The notes under the pieces are model-generated. The model saw only the letters and a program-made list of their open reading frames with translations. It did not search any database and was not told the origin of the DNA. From Candidatus Rokuibacteriota bacterium (GTDB lineage: Bacteria > Methylomirabilota > Methylomirabilia > Rokubacteriales > CSP1-6): a stretch of 64,000 nt of DNA. The first letter of the stretch is position 1. Every line of letters begins with the position of its first letter. Positions 27,883 through 38,047 of the stretch are shown in pieces. Made by a program: the position numbers and the translations under genes. Location of the stretch: assembly GCA_003220685.1 (NCBI GenBank), contig QHTE01000052.1:270407-334406 (forward strand). Direction: 5' to 3'.

Positions 27883-29004
27883 TCACCACTCCAGCGCGTC
27901 GGCCATGCGCCGCTTGTGCCAGCGCGGATCGCCGAGGTAGTGGAACAGGGTCCGCGACATTTGCGTGTGTGCCGGCAGCCCGTACTCGATCAGCACTCCC
28001 ATTCCGGCGTGAACTTCGTGGGCCGCGTTGCAGACGTCCAGGTACGCTTCGCTCGCGACGGCCTTGGCCATGTGAACGCTCGCCGTCGCCGGACGACCCG
28101 TGTCGAGCTTCCAGAGCGCCTCCCACGTCGCCCAGCGCGCGCTGTCGAGGTGGTTGACCAGGCGGACGACGTGGTCCTGCACCCGCTGGAATCGCCCGAT
28201 CGGCACGCCGAACTGGACGCGGGTCTGCGTGTAGAGGACCGACTTCTCGTAGACCGCCTGGCAGCCGCCGACGATGTACGCGCACAGGATTGGGATGGCC
28301 CGCTCGAGCGCGCGGGACAGCGCCGCCCAGCCCCGCTGAGCCTCGCCAAGGAGCGAAGTCGCCGGCACCTGGACGTTGTCGAAGCTCACCTCGCATTGCC
28401 ACGAGAGGAAGCCCGGCAGGCGGCGCGTGCTCACCCCGCGAGCCTTCGCGTCGACGTGAAGCAAGCTCACGTCGGTCGGCCCGTCGCCCGTGCGGACGGC
28501 GACGATCAGATCGGTGGCCGAGGTCGCGTCGCTCACGAAGAGCTTGGTGCCGTTGAGCACGAAGCTTCCGTTCCGCCCTTGCGGCGCGAGCGTGATGCCC
28601 CCCGGCCCCCACGACGTGTTCGGCTCGGTGATGGCGACGGTCAGCACGGTCTCGCCGGTGGCCACGCCAGGCAGGATCCGGCGGCGCTGCTCGTCGGTCC
28701 CGGCCTCCAACACGGTCAGCGCGCCGAGCACCCCTGAGCTGAAGAACGGACCGGGCAGCGGCCCGCGGCCGAGCTCCTCGTAGAGCACCGCGGCGTCGCT
28801 CAGGCTGTCGCCGCTTCCGCCGTACTCGGCGGGCAGCACGATCCCCAGCCATCCCAGGCGCGCGGCCTTCGCCCACAAATCCCGCTCCAGCGACGACTCG
28901 GCCTTCTGCAGACCCACGACGACGTCGACCGGCGTCTCGCGCTGCATGAAGCTGCGCGCGGTGGTGCGGAGCATCTCCTGGCTTTCGGTGAGCGACAGGT
29001 CCAT
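27883..29004 (-). CDS. Acyl-CoA dehydrogenase family protein (373 aa)
   Basis: ACAD N-, middle and C-terminal domains are recognisable (LTESQEMLRTTARSF, VAITEPNTSWG, GRFQRVQDHV). Confidence 0.9.
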   Translation of the reverse strand: MDLSLTESQEMLRTTARSFMQRETPVDVVVGLQKAESSLERDLWAKAARLGWLGIVLPAEYGGSGDSLSDAAVLYEELGRGPLPGPFFSSGVLGALTVLEAGTDEQRRRILPGVATGETVLTVAITEPNTSWGPGGITLAPQGRNGSFVLNGTKLFVSDATSATDLIVAVRTGDGPTDVSLLHVDAKARGVSTRRLPGFLSWQCEVSFDNVQVPATSLLGEAQRGWAALSRALERAIPILCAYIVGGCQAVYEKSVLYTQTRVQFGVPIGRFQRVQDHVVRLVNHLDSARWATWEALWKLDTGRPATASVHMAKAVASEAYLDVCNAAHEVHAGMGVLIEYGLPAHTQMSRTLFHYLGDPRWHKRRMADALEW

Positions 29005-29007
29005 GGC

Positions 29008-30252
29008 TCACTCCGCTCCGTGCACGGTGCCGGCCTTCTCGCGGGTCGAGCGTCCGATGCCGATGCGGCGGGCCATCTGCACGCGCTGGATGTCGGTCGT
29101 GCCGCCTGGATGGACGGAGACGATCCCGTTGCGCTGCTGGGTCTCGAGGAACCCGGACGGCGCGCCCCACGCGGGATCGGTGGTGAGCGCGGCCGGCCCG
29201 ACCGCTTCCAGGATCGCGCCGGTCATCCAGAGGCCGGTGGTCTTTCGGTAGTACGAGAGCTGCGGGCCCTCGTACGACTTCGGCTTGCGCGCGTACGTGA
29301 GATAGAAGTTGCGCAGCCCGAAGAGGCGCTGCACCTCGGTCTTGATGTAGATGTCGGCCAGGCTGTCGCGCACGTCCTGCTGCTGGCTCAGCGGCACGCC
29401 GTCGCGCTTGGTCTCCTGGCAGTAGCGCAGCAGGCGGTCCCACACGCGGTTCCGGCCGATGCGGCCGCCGCCGCCGTGCTCGAGCTCGAGGTGCGTCGTG
29501 GCCACCGTCCAGCCCTTGTTCTCGCCGCCGACCAGCGCGAACGCCGGCACGCGGACGTCGTCGAAGAAGACCGTCTGCTTGACGCCCGAGTCGGTGCCGC
29601 CTTCGCCGCCGGTGCCCATCAGCTCCATCGGCTGCATCGTGATCCCTGGCAGGCTCGCGTCGATCATGAACCACGAGAGGTTCTCGTGGCGCTTGCCCTT
29701 GGGGTCGGTGTTGACGATCATCCAGATCCGGTCGGTCCCGTTGTCGCTGCCGACGAAGATCTTCTGTCCTCGGATCACGTACCCGTCGCCGTCGCGTACC
29801 GCCGTCGTCATGCGCACGCCGGCCAGGTCGGAGCCGGCGCCGGGCTCGGTGAGGAGCTGCCAGGTGCGGACCTCGCCGCGATAGATCGGGGGCAGGAACG
29901 CCTGCCGCTGCTCCTCGGTGCCCCACACGAGGATCGACGCCGAGCCGAGGCGGCCGCCGCTGTCGTAGTAAGGCGGCAAGGACAAATCGAAGCGGTCGAC
30001 CTCCTCCTCGAGGATGATCGCGTGGTCGACGTCGAGGCCGCCGCCGCCGTACTTCGCCGGCGCGGTGGGATAGAGCCAGCCCTTCGCGCCGAGCTTCCGA
30101 CCGAGGTCGCGCAGCTCGAGATAGCGCCGGTAGTTGTCCTCGGCGGAGGTCGGCGTGCGCAGCATCGACGGCGCCACGTTCGCCTCCAGCCACGCGCGCA
30201 CTTCGCGCCGGAACCGCTGCTGCTCCTCGGTGTACGTCACCTCGAAATCCAT
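29008..30252 (-). CDS. Acyl-CoA dehydrogenase family protein (414 aa)
   Basis: Start MDFEVTYTEEQQRFRREVRAWLE at complement ATG 30250-30252. LLTEPGAGSDLAG block. Separated by 3 nt from the downstream ACAD. The track start at 30483 is an extension. Confidence 0.9.
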   Translation of the reverse strand: MDFEVTYTEEQQRFRREVRAWLEANVAPSMLRTPTSAEDNYRRYLELRDLGRKLGAKGWLYPTAPAKYGGGGLDVDHAIILEEEVDRFDLSLPPYYDSGGRLGSASILVWGTEEQRQAFLPPIYRGEVRTWQLLTEPGAGSDLAGVRMTTAVRDGDGYVIRGQKIFVGSDNGTDRIWMIVNTDPKGKRHENLSWFMIDASLPGITMQPMELMGTGGEGGTDSGVKQTVFFDDVRVPAFALVGGENKGWTVATTHLELEHGGGGRIGRNRVWDRLLRYCQETKRDGVPLSQQQDVRDSLADIYIKTEVQRLFGLRNFYLTYARKPKSYEGPQLSYYRKTTGLWMTGAILEAVGPAALTTDPAWGAPSGFLETQQRNGIVSVHPGGTTDIQRVQMARRIGIGRSTREKAGTVHGAE

Positions 30253-30328
30253 ACGCTCTCCTCTCGCGGCCCTGGTGCCTGGGAAGGTAGCACAGTCCAG
30301 TACGATGATCGTATGAGGAGGTAGCGGC

Positions 30329-30781
30329 ATGTCCCGTCGCAAAACGGCCCGGATCTTGATCGGGACCGCCTTCGGGGTCCAGCTGGCCGGCTTGATCGTC
30401 GATATCGTGTGGCACGCGCTCCATTCCGACTTCGCGGCGGCGACCACCGAGCAGATGCTCGTCCATCTCGGGACCGTGCACATGCCGATCTACGTGGGCG
30501 TGGTGTGCGTCGTGCTGACGACCGCGTGGGCGCTGATCGATCAGGCGCGCCGACCGCCGATCGGCGCGGCGTTTCCGGTCGCCTTCGTGGGCGCACTGAT
30601 CTCGGCGGCGGGCGAAGCCTGGCACGCGTTCATGCACCTGCAGCTCGACACGCACGGCGGGCCCATCGCGGCGGCGACGTCGTTCGTCGGGCTCCTGATC
30701 GTGGCGGCCGCGATGTGGGCGAGCGGGCGTCGCGATCGACGGAGGACCCCGGCCGACGTCGACCAGCGGCGCGCGGCCTGA
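30329..30781 (+). CDS. Hypothetical His-rich four-helix membrane protein
   Basis: SD GAGGAGG. 150 aa with four hydrophobic segments carrying WHALH, HLGTVH and WHAFMH. Confidence 0.65.
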   Translation: MSRRKTARILIGTAFGVQLAGLIVDIVWHALHSDFAAATTEQMLVHLGTVHMPIYVGVVCVVLTTAWALIDQARRPPIGAAFPVAFVGALISAAGEAWHAFMHLQLDTHGGPIAAATSFVGLLIVAAAMWASGRRDRRRTPADVDQRRAA

Positions 30782-30796
30782 ACCGGGAAGCGCTCG

Positions 30797-31711
30797 CTAG
30801 CCGACCTCGCCGCGGATCTTCGTGTGCAGCGCGCCGAGCACGTCGGTCATCGCGGCGACCGAGCGCGCGCCGGCCTGGAAGATCGCGGTCGCGTTCAGGG
30901 CGACCCACTGAAAGCCCATCGCCTTGAGCTCGACCACCCGCGCCACGACCCGGTCGTGCTCGGCGTAGAACTTCTTGCCCGCGGCGTCGCGCGGCGGCGA
31001 GGCGACCATCGCCTGCAGGCCGATGGCCGCGGGGTCGCGCCCGGCGGCCTCGGCGTGCCGGCGGATGGTGTCGATGCAGTGGCGAGCACTCTCCGCGTCG
31101 GCGAGCTGGTTGCCGAGCCAGCCGTCGCCGAGCTCGCCCACGCGGCGTAGCGCGCGCTCGGAGCGGCCGCCGATCCAGATCGGCAGGCGGCTGCCCTGCG
31201 GGGGCTTGGGCTCCATGCCCATCGCCGTGATCGGGTAGTAGCGGCCCTTGAAGTCGACCTGCGCGTCGTTCCAGTAGGTGCGCAGCAGACGGATCGCCTC
31301 GTCCATGCGCACGCCGCGCGTGTGAAAATCCTCGCCGAGCGCCTCGTACTCCGACTCCTGCCAGCCGACGCCGACACCCAGGCGCACGCGGCCGCCCGAG
31401 AGCGTGTCGAGCGTGCTCACCTGCTTGGCGACCAGGGTCGGATGGCGCTGCGGCAGCACGAGCACCTCGGTGCCGAGGGTCACCCGTGTGGTGACGGCGG
31501 CCATGTACGAGAGCACCATCAGCGCCTCGAGGATCGGCATCTGCGGCGGATACGGACCGGGCGGCCGGCCTTCCCTCGGGTAGCCCATCACGACGTGGTC
31601 GAACATGTCGATGTGGTCGTAGCCGATCTGCTCGACGGCCTGGGCCAGGCGCATCACGCCCTGCGGCCCTTCGCGATAGGAGATGCTCGGGAACTCGACG
31701 GTGAGCTTCAT
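30797..31711 (-). CDS. LLM class F420-dependent oxidoreductase
   Basis: 304 aa. Blocks GRVRLGVGVGW and GELGDGWL. Confidence 0.85.
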   Translation of the reverse strand: MKLTVEFPSISYREGPQGVMRLAQAVEQIGYDHIDMFDHVVMGYPREGRPPGPYPPQMPILEALMVLSYMAAVTTRVTLGTEVLVLPQRHPTLVAKQVSTLDTLSGGRVRLGVGVGWQESEYEALGEDFHTRGVRMDEAIRLLRTYWNDAQVDFKGRYYPITAMGMEPKPPQGSRLPIWIGGRSERALRRVGELGDGWLGNQLADAESARHCIDTIRRHAEAAGRDPAAIGLQAMVASPPRDAAGKKFYAEHDRVVARVVELKAMGFQWVALNATAIFQAGARSVAAMTDVLGALHTKIRGEVG

Positions 31712-31718
31712 GGCTCGA

Positions 31719-32438
<720 letters not shown>

Positions 32439-32470
32439 GGCGCCAACTATACCGGATACAATGAGGCGTC

Positions 32471-33805
32471 ATGAAGACGATCGCTGCGCTCGTCGCGGTC
32501 GTAATCCTGCTCCTGCATGGCGGCGTGCTCGCCCAGAGCGCGCGGCCGACCCTCGTCATGATCTCGATCGACGGTCTGCGGCCCGACTACGTGACGGCGG
32601 CCGACGCGCACGGGCTGAAGATCCCGAACCTGCGCCGCTTTCTCAGAGAGGGCGCGTTCGCCGACGGGGTCGCCGGCGTGATCCCGACCGTGACGTACCC
32701 GAGCCACACCACCCTGATCACCGGCGTGTGGCCCGCGAAGCACGGCATCCTCGCCAACACGACCTTCGACCCGCTCGGGACGAATCAAGGCGGCTGGTAC
32801 TGGTACGCCGAGGACATCAAGGTCCCGACGCTCTGGGACGCGGCCCGGCAGGCCGGCATGACGACCGCCAGCATCCAGTGGCCGGCCAGCGTCGGCGCTC
32901 GCGTCACCTGGAACATCCCCGAGGTCTGGCGCGCCAACACGGACGAGGACGCGAAGCTGCTCCGGGCGCTCGCGACGGCAGGGCTCCTGCCCGAGCTCGA
33001 GCAAGAGCTCGGCCCGTATCCGCGGGGGCAGGAGATCGAGGACGACGAGCGGCGCGGGACCTACGCAACGCGTCTGCTCGAGAAGAAGCGCCCGCAGCTC
33101 CTGACCCTGCACCTGCTAGCGCTCGATCACGTCGAGCACGAGACCGGCCCGCTGTCTCGCGAGAGCTTCGCCGTCCTCGAGCGCCAGGACACCGTCGTCG
33201 GCAAGCTCCGCGACGCGGCCGATCGCATCGCGCCGGGCAACGCGTACGTCGCGATCGTCTCCGATCACGGCTTCGTGAAGATCGAGACGCGATTCAATCC
33301 CTTCCCCGCGTTCCGGGATGCGGGCCTGATCACCCTGAACGGGCGGGGCGCGGTGACGGACTGGAAGGCGATGCCCTGGACCGCGGGAGGGTCTGCGGCC
33401 ATCGTGCTGAAGGATCCCGCCGACCGAGCGACGCTCGCCGAGGTGCGCGCGCTGCTGGACAAGCTCGCAGCCGATCCGGCGAACGGCATCGATCGGGTCC
33501 TCGACGCCGACGCGCTGCACGCGCGCGGAGGCTTTCCGATCGGCTCCTTCCTTATCGGCTCCAAGCCCGGATGGTTCGTCGGCTCGGGTTACACGGGCGG
33601 CGTCATCACCAAGACCAACCGGTCCGGCACGCACGGCCATCTGCCGGATCTTCCCGAGCTGCGAGCGGCGTTCTTCGTCGTCGGGCCTCGTGTGCCCGCG
33701 GGGCGCTCGCTCGGTCTCGTCGACATGCGGGACATCGCGCCGACCCTGGCTCAGCGCCTCGGGCTGTCACTGCCCTCGGCGGATGGCAAGCCGTTGCTGC
33801 CTTGA
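32471..33805 (+). CDS. Secreted alkaline-phosphatase-superfamily nucleotide pyrophosphatase/phosphodiesterase (NPP)
   Basis: Signal peptide. ISIDGLRPDY and TYPSHTTLITG (Thr nucleophile block), DHGF, THGH. Confidence 0.9.
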   Translation: MKTIAALVAVVILLLHGGVLAQSARPTLVMISIDGLRPDYVTAADAHGLKIPNLRRFLREGAFADGVAGVIPTVTYPSHTTLITGVWPAKHGILANTTFDPLGTNQGGWYWYAEDIKVPTLWDAARQAGMTTASIQWPASVGARVTWNIPEVWRANTDEDAKLLRALATAGLLPELEQELGPYPRGQEIEDDERRGTYATRLLEKKRPQLLTLHLLALDHVEHETGPLSRESFAVLERQDTVVGKLRDAADRIAPGNAYVAIVSDHGFVKIETRFNPFPAFRDAGLITLNGRGAVTDWKAMPWTAGGSAAIVLKDPADRATLAEVRALLDKLAADPANGIDRVLDADALHARGGFPIGSFLIGSKPGWFVGSGYTGGVITKTNRSGTHGHLPDLPELRAAFFVVGPRVPAGRSLGLVDMRDIAPTLAQRLGLSLPSADGKPLLP

Positions 33806-33812
33806 TTATCGG

Positions 33813-33840
33813 CGAGTAACTCTTGACGAGTAACTCTTAC
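33813..33840. repeat. 14-bp tandem duplication (CGAGTAACTCTTGA / CGAGTAACTCTTAC)
   Basis: Read directly. The first 12 nt of each unit are identical. It lies between the convergent NPP gene and the 71-aa ORF and contains the stop of the latter. Confidence 0.85.
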
Positions 33841-34052
33841 GGGAGCCTCAAGTGCCGTGTCGACCGATAGGAGGGCGCCGGGACCGAGTGGTCGACCACG
33901 TCCATCACCCTGAGTCGCTTCGAACCCTCCTCGAGGGCGCCGGCGATCGTTGGGAAGGTCTCGTGTGACTCTTCGATGAGCTCACCGGCGTAGTTGACGA
34001 TCCGCCAGCGCCACAGAGGTGTCTGGGGCGTCGAAAACGCCAGAACTTGCAC
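33837..34052 (-). CDS. Hypothetical 71-aa protein
   Basis: GTG start 13 nt after the RRM gene stop. MQVLAFSTPQTPLWRWRIVNYAGELIEESHETFPTIAGALEEG. Coding-like composition, but no family recognised. Confidence 0.5.
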   Translation of the reverse strand: MQVLAFSTPQTPLWRWRIVNYAGELIEESHETFPTIAGALEEGSKRLRVMDVVDHSVPAPSYRSTRHLRLP

Positions 34053-34065
34053 GGTGCCCGCCGCC

Positions 34066-34362
34066 CTACCAGCGACTCCGCTTGAACCCGCCGCCGCGAA
34101 GACCGCCGCCCGATCCGGAGGGCTTGGCCAGCTCGACTTTCAGTGTCCGCCCGTCGACCTCCTGGCCATTGAGCTTCTTGACGGCCGCCTCGGCCTCCTC
34201 GGTGGTAGCCATCTCGACGAAACCGAATCCCCTCGATCGGCCGGTCTCACGGTCGGTGACGACGGCCGCCGATTCTACGGCGCCGACCTGCGCGAAAACC
34301 TCCCGCAGGCGCTCGGTGGATGTAGAGAAGGAAAGACCGCCGATGAAGAGCTTCTGAGCCAT
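34066..34362 (-). CDS. RRM-type (RNP-1/RNP-2) RNA-binding protein with Gly/Arg tail
   Basis: Start MAQKLFIGGLSF (RNP-2) at complement ATG 34360-34362. SRGFGFVEM (RNP-1). The track start at 34401 is an extension. Confidence 0.9.
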   Translation of the reverse strand: MAQKLFIGGLSFSTSTERLREVFAQVGAVESAAVVTDRETGRSRGFGFVEMATTEEAEAAVKKLNGQEVDGRTLKVELAKPSGSGGGLRGGGFKRSRW

Positions 34363-34536
34363 GACACACCTCTGAGGAATCTCCCGCAGTTGAAGCCACA
34401 CCCCGGTACGCGGAAGACGGCGCCAGAGTCGTGGTCTGGTAGAGGAGCGGCGCTCCGAATGGAGTCACGCCAAAGGCCAGACCACGCTAGTGTGACACAC
34501 ATTATGTGTTTGCGCTTCTGGAGGTAGAATCGCCCC

Positions 34537-35835
34537 ATGCTCAGCGAGGAGCAGAACCGAGCCTTGACGCAAGTCGGCGCCGACACGCCCATGGGCGAGC
34601 TGCTCCGGCGCTACTGGATGCCGATCGCCGCCGTCGCCGAGCTCGACGACCGCCCGACCAAGCCCGTGCGGCTCATGGGCGAGGACCTCGTCCTCTACAA
34701 GGACAAGGCGGGCACGTACGGGCTTGTCGACCGACACTGCCCTCATCGGCGCGCGGATTTATCGTATGGCTGGGTCGAAGGCTGCGGCCTGCGCTGCCAT
34801 TACCACGGCTGGCTCTGGGAGCACACGGGCCGGTGTCTGCAGCAGCCGTTCGAGGCGATCGCGCACCCCGAGGCGAAGTTCAAGGACCGCGTGCGCATCA
34901 AGGCCTACCCGGTCGAGGCGAAGGCCGGCCTCTTGTGGGCCTATCTTGGGCCGCCGCCGGCGCCGCTGGTTCCGACGTGGGAGCCCTTCACCTGGGGCAA
35001 CGGCTTCGTGCAGATCGTGTTCTCCGAGGTCCCGTGCAACTGGTTCCAGTGCCAGGAAAACTCGATCGATCCGGTGCACTTCGAGTGGCTCCACTCGAAC
35101 TGGTCGCGCGCGCTCGGCGGCGCCGACGGCGAGCGCTCGCCCGCGCACCTGAAGGTCGGCTTCGACGAGTTCGAGTACGGCTTCGTCTACCGGCGGATCC
35201 TCGAGGGCCAGTCCGCAGAGGACGAGCTCTGGACCGTCGGGCGCTGCTGCCTCTGGCCGAACTGTCTCTTTACCGGCGGCCACTTCGAGTGGCGCGTGCC
35301 GATCGACGACGCGAACATGCTGAGCGTCGGGTGGTTCTTCGACCGCGTGCCCAACGAGATGGAGCCGTACCGGCAGGAGCGGATCCCCTACTGGGTGAGC
35401 CCGATCAAGGACGCGCTGACCGACCGCTGGATCACCTCGCACGTCATGAACCAGGACTTCGTCGCCTGGGTCGGCCAGGGTACGGTCGCCGACCGCACGC
35501 AGGAGCACCTCGGCGAGAGCGACCGCGGCGTCATCATGATGCGCCGGCGCATCCTCGAGGACGCCGAGCGCGTGGCGCGCGGCGAAGAGCCCAAGGGCCT
35601 GATCCGCGATCCGGAGAAGAACCGCGTCGTGCGGCTGCCGATCATCGGCCGCGACTTCTTCGTCAACGGCTCGGCAAAGGTCGAGAGCGAGACCTCGCGC
35701 CAGCGAACGCCGGGACTGCTGCTCCGTCGAGAGTTCCCGTTCCTGGTGGGTCAGCCCGAAGAGGTCCGCGCCGAGTACCGCCGCGCGATGGGACTGCCCG
35801 AGCCCGGCGTCGACGCCCGCTCACGCGCGGGCTAA
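34537..35835 (+). CDS. Rieske 2Fe-2S aromatic-ring-hydroxylating oxygenase, alpha-subunit type
   Basis: CPHR...CHYHGW Rieske motif, and a mononuclear iron region NSIDPVHFEWLH. Confidence 0.9.
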   Translation: MLSEEQNRALTQVGADTPMGELLRRYWMPIAAVAELDDRPTKPVRLMGEDLVLYKDKAGTYGLVDRHCPHRRADLSYGWVEGCGLRCHYHGWLWEHTGRCLQQPFEAIAHPEAKFKDRVRIKAYPVEAKAGLLWAYLGPPPAPLVPTWEPFTWGNGFVQIVFSEVPCNWFQCQENSIDPVHFEWLHSNWSRALGGADGERSPAHLKVGFDEFEYGFVYRRILEGQSAEDELWTVGRCCLWPNCLFTGGHFEWRVPIDDANMLSVGWFFDRVPNEMEPYRQERIPYWVSPIKDALTDRWITSHVMNQDFVAWVGQGTVADRTQEHLGESDRGVIMMRRRILEDAERVARGEEPKGLIRDPEKNRVVRLPIIGRDFFVNGSAKVESETSRQRTPGLLLRREFPFLVGQPEEVRAEYRRAMGLPEPGVDARSRAG

Positions 35836-35845
35836 GGGGGCGATC

Positions 35846-36925
35846 ATGGCCAATCTCGTTCTCGGCATCGCCACGTCTCACACGCCGATGCTCACCCTGC
35901 CGGCCGAGCTCTGGTCGTCGTACGCTCGGAACGACGAGCGCAACCGCGAGCTGGCCTTCCCGCCGCACGGCGTCGTGATGTCCTACGAGGAAGGGCTGCG
36001 CAGCGTCACCCCGGAGACCAGCGCGAAGTTCCGGGGGATCGAGCCGTATCGCGCGCAGGCCGAGGCCTGCCAGCGCGCGCTCGACGAGCTGTCGGCCACG
36101 TTGCGCGCCGTGAATCCCGACGTCACCGTGATCATCGGCGACGACCAGGACGAGTGGTTCTTCGAGGACAACATGCCGGCGCTCTCGGTGTACTGGGGCG
36201 ACACCGCGCCGCTGATCCCGCGCCAGGTGCCGCCCGGCACGCGCGATCCCGAGGTGATCGAGGCCATCAGGCGCGGCTACGGCGACGTGCCGATGGACGT
36301 CCCGGTCGCGAGCGCGTTCGGCCGCTACCTGATCGAATACCTGATCGAGCACGACTTCGACGTCGCCCACATGCGCTACGTCAAGCAGCCCTACGGCGGG
36401 CGCATCGCGCGCCGCTATCCCACGAAGCGGGGCGAGCTCGACTACGTCCGTGAGACGCCGCCGCGCGAGCAGGGCCTGCCCCACGCCTTCTCGTTCATCG
36501 TCAAGCGGCTGTTCGACAACACGCCGCGGCCGATCCTGCCCGTGTTCCAGAACACGTGCTATCACCCGAACCAGCCGACGCCTCGCCGCGCCTTCGCCAC
36601 GGGAGAAGCGATCGCCGGGGCCATCGCCGAGTGGCAGGAGCCGGCGTCGGTCGCGGTCATCGCCTCGGGCGGGCTGAGCCACTTCGTGGTCGACGAGAAC
36701 CTGGATCGCAGCTTGCTGCGCGCGCTGCAGCAGCGAGACGCCGCGGGGCTGCGCGCGATTCCGCGCACCCAGCTCTACTCGGCCGCCTCCGAGGCGCTGA
36801 ACTGGGTGGCGCTCGGCGGCGCCATGCAGAAGACCGATCTCAAGATGGAGCTGCTGGACTACGTCCCGGTCTATCGCACGCCGGCCGGCACCGGCGGCGG
36901 CTGGGCGTTCGCGCGCTGGCGCTAG
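35846..36925 (+). CDS. Class III extradiol ring-cleavage dioxygenase (LigB family)
   Basis: 359 aa. LGIATSHTP start, IIGDDQDE and ASGGLSHF blocks. Confidence 0.8.
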   Translation: MANLVLGIATSHTPMLTLPAELWSSYARNDERNRELAFPPHGVVMSYEEGLRSVTPETSAKFRGIEPYRAQAEACQRALDELSATLRAVNPDVTVIIGDDQDEWFFEDNMPALSVYWGDTAPLIPRQVPPGTRDPEVIEAIRRGYGDVPMDVPVASAFGRYLIEYLIEHDFDVAHMRYVKQPYGGRIARRYPTKRGELDYVRETPPREQGLPHAFSFIVKRLFDNTPRPILPVFQNTCYHPNQPTPRRAFATGEAIAGAIAEWQEPASVAVIASGGLSHFVVDENLDRSLLRALQQRDAAGLRAIPRTQLYSAASEALNWVALGGAMQKTDLKMELLDYVPVYRTPAGTGGGWAFARWR

Positions 36926-36933
36926 GCGCTTCG

Positions 36934-38045
36934 CTACGCGCGCTTGAATATCGAGGTCACCGCCTGGTGGCCTCCGTCCTCCGCCAGCGCCTCCTCTCGG
37001 TAGAGCCCCAGCGCCTCCAGCACTGGACGGTCCTGGATCGAGAACAGGATGGCGGCGTCGTGCGTCGAGGTGTTCGCGTGCTCGTGGAGGGCCCAGGACG
37101 GTAGCGTGATGACGTCGCCCCGGCCCCACGCGAAGCGGCAGCCGTCGATCCCCACGCGAAGCGCATGCCGTCGATGATCGTCTCGCCCGCCCCCTGCACC
37201 ACGTAGTACACGGCGCTGCCCGTGTGGCGGTGCGCCTTGAGCTTCTTGCCCGGCCGCAGCATCTGGATCCAGCACGACATCGTCGGCAGGAGCGTGCCTC
37301 CGGTCTGCGGGTGCGTGTACTCCAGCGCGATGTCGTCCCACTCGTCTCCGGGGATGTCGCGCATCGAGTTCAGCGACCGATACGTCGTCTCCCAGGAGTA
37401 GAGGAGCAGCGGCGACGACTGCAGCCGCTCCTTCACCCACGTGGGGCTCAGGCTCACGTGGCCATGGAGCGCCAGCGAGGCGTTGTTGGGCTTCGTCAGC
37501 GGGAACCGCTCCTTGTCGTACATCTGGAAGAACATCGCGTTGAGCGCCTGGATCAGCGGCACGTCCAGGCCGTCCATCCACACCACCGGCTTGTCGGTCT
37601 CGTTGCCGTGGTCGTGCCACGCCCAGCTCGGCGTCAAGACGAGATCGCCCGGCGCCATGTAGACGCGCTCGCCGTCGACGGCGGTGTAGCCGCCCGAGCC
37701 TTCCATGATGAAGCGGATCGCGGTCGGCGTGTGGCGATGGGCGCGCGCCACCTCCCCGGGCAGCAGGAGCTGGATCGCCGCGATCATCGTGTTGGTCGTC
37801 GCCCAGCGCCCGTCGAGGCCAGGGTTGAAGAGCTGCAGCGCCCTACGCTCCTCGCCCACCGGCACGGCTTCGCCGGCCTCGCGCACGAGCGACTCGATCA
37901 GCGACGCCTTCCACATGTACGGGATGGCCTTCGGCTCGGGGTGCTTCGTCATCTGGCTCGCCAGCTCCCAGAGCCCGTACATGTGGGCGGCGTGCATCTT
38001 CTCGTGGAACTCTTTCTCGGCTGCGGTCGCGACGGGACGCGTCAT
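36934..38045 (-). pseudogene. Gentisate 1,2-dioxygenase-like bicupin, frameshifted by a 26-bp tandem duplication
   Basis: Start MTRPVATAAEKEF (complement ATG 38043-38045, SD AGGAGG). The N-terminal frame (track ORF 36957..38771) and the C-terminal frame (tail of track ORF 36934..37620: GRGDVITLPSWALHEHANTS...KRA) join only if one repeat copy is removed. The span is 1112 nt, and 1112-26=1086 is divisible by 3. Confidence 0.85.
37124..37175. repeat. 26-bp tandem duplication inside the dioxygenase gene (23/26 identical)
   Basis: 37124-37149 is CCCCACGCGAAGCGGCAGCCGTCGAT and 37150-37175 is CCCCACGCGAAGCGCATGCCGTCGAT. On the coding strand they encode IDGMRFAWG then IDGCRFAWG. Confidence 0.9.
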
Positions 38046-38047
38046 GG

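Noticed and set aside
27863-30655. 930-aa ORF on the minus strand, the longest in the track
   Set aside because: It runs in a different frame across both acyl-CoA dehydrogenase genes. It is dominated by Arg/Pro/Gly/Ala runs typical of shadow frames in GC-rich DNA. The two ACAD frames carry clear family motifs.
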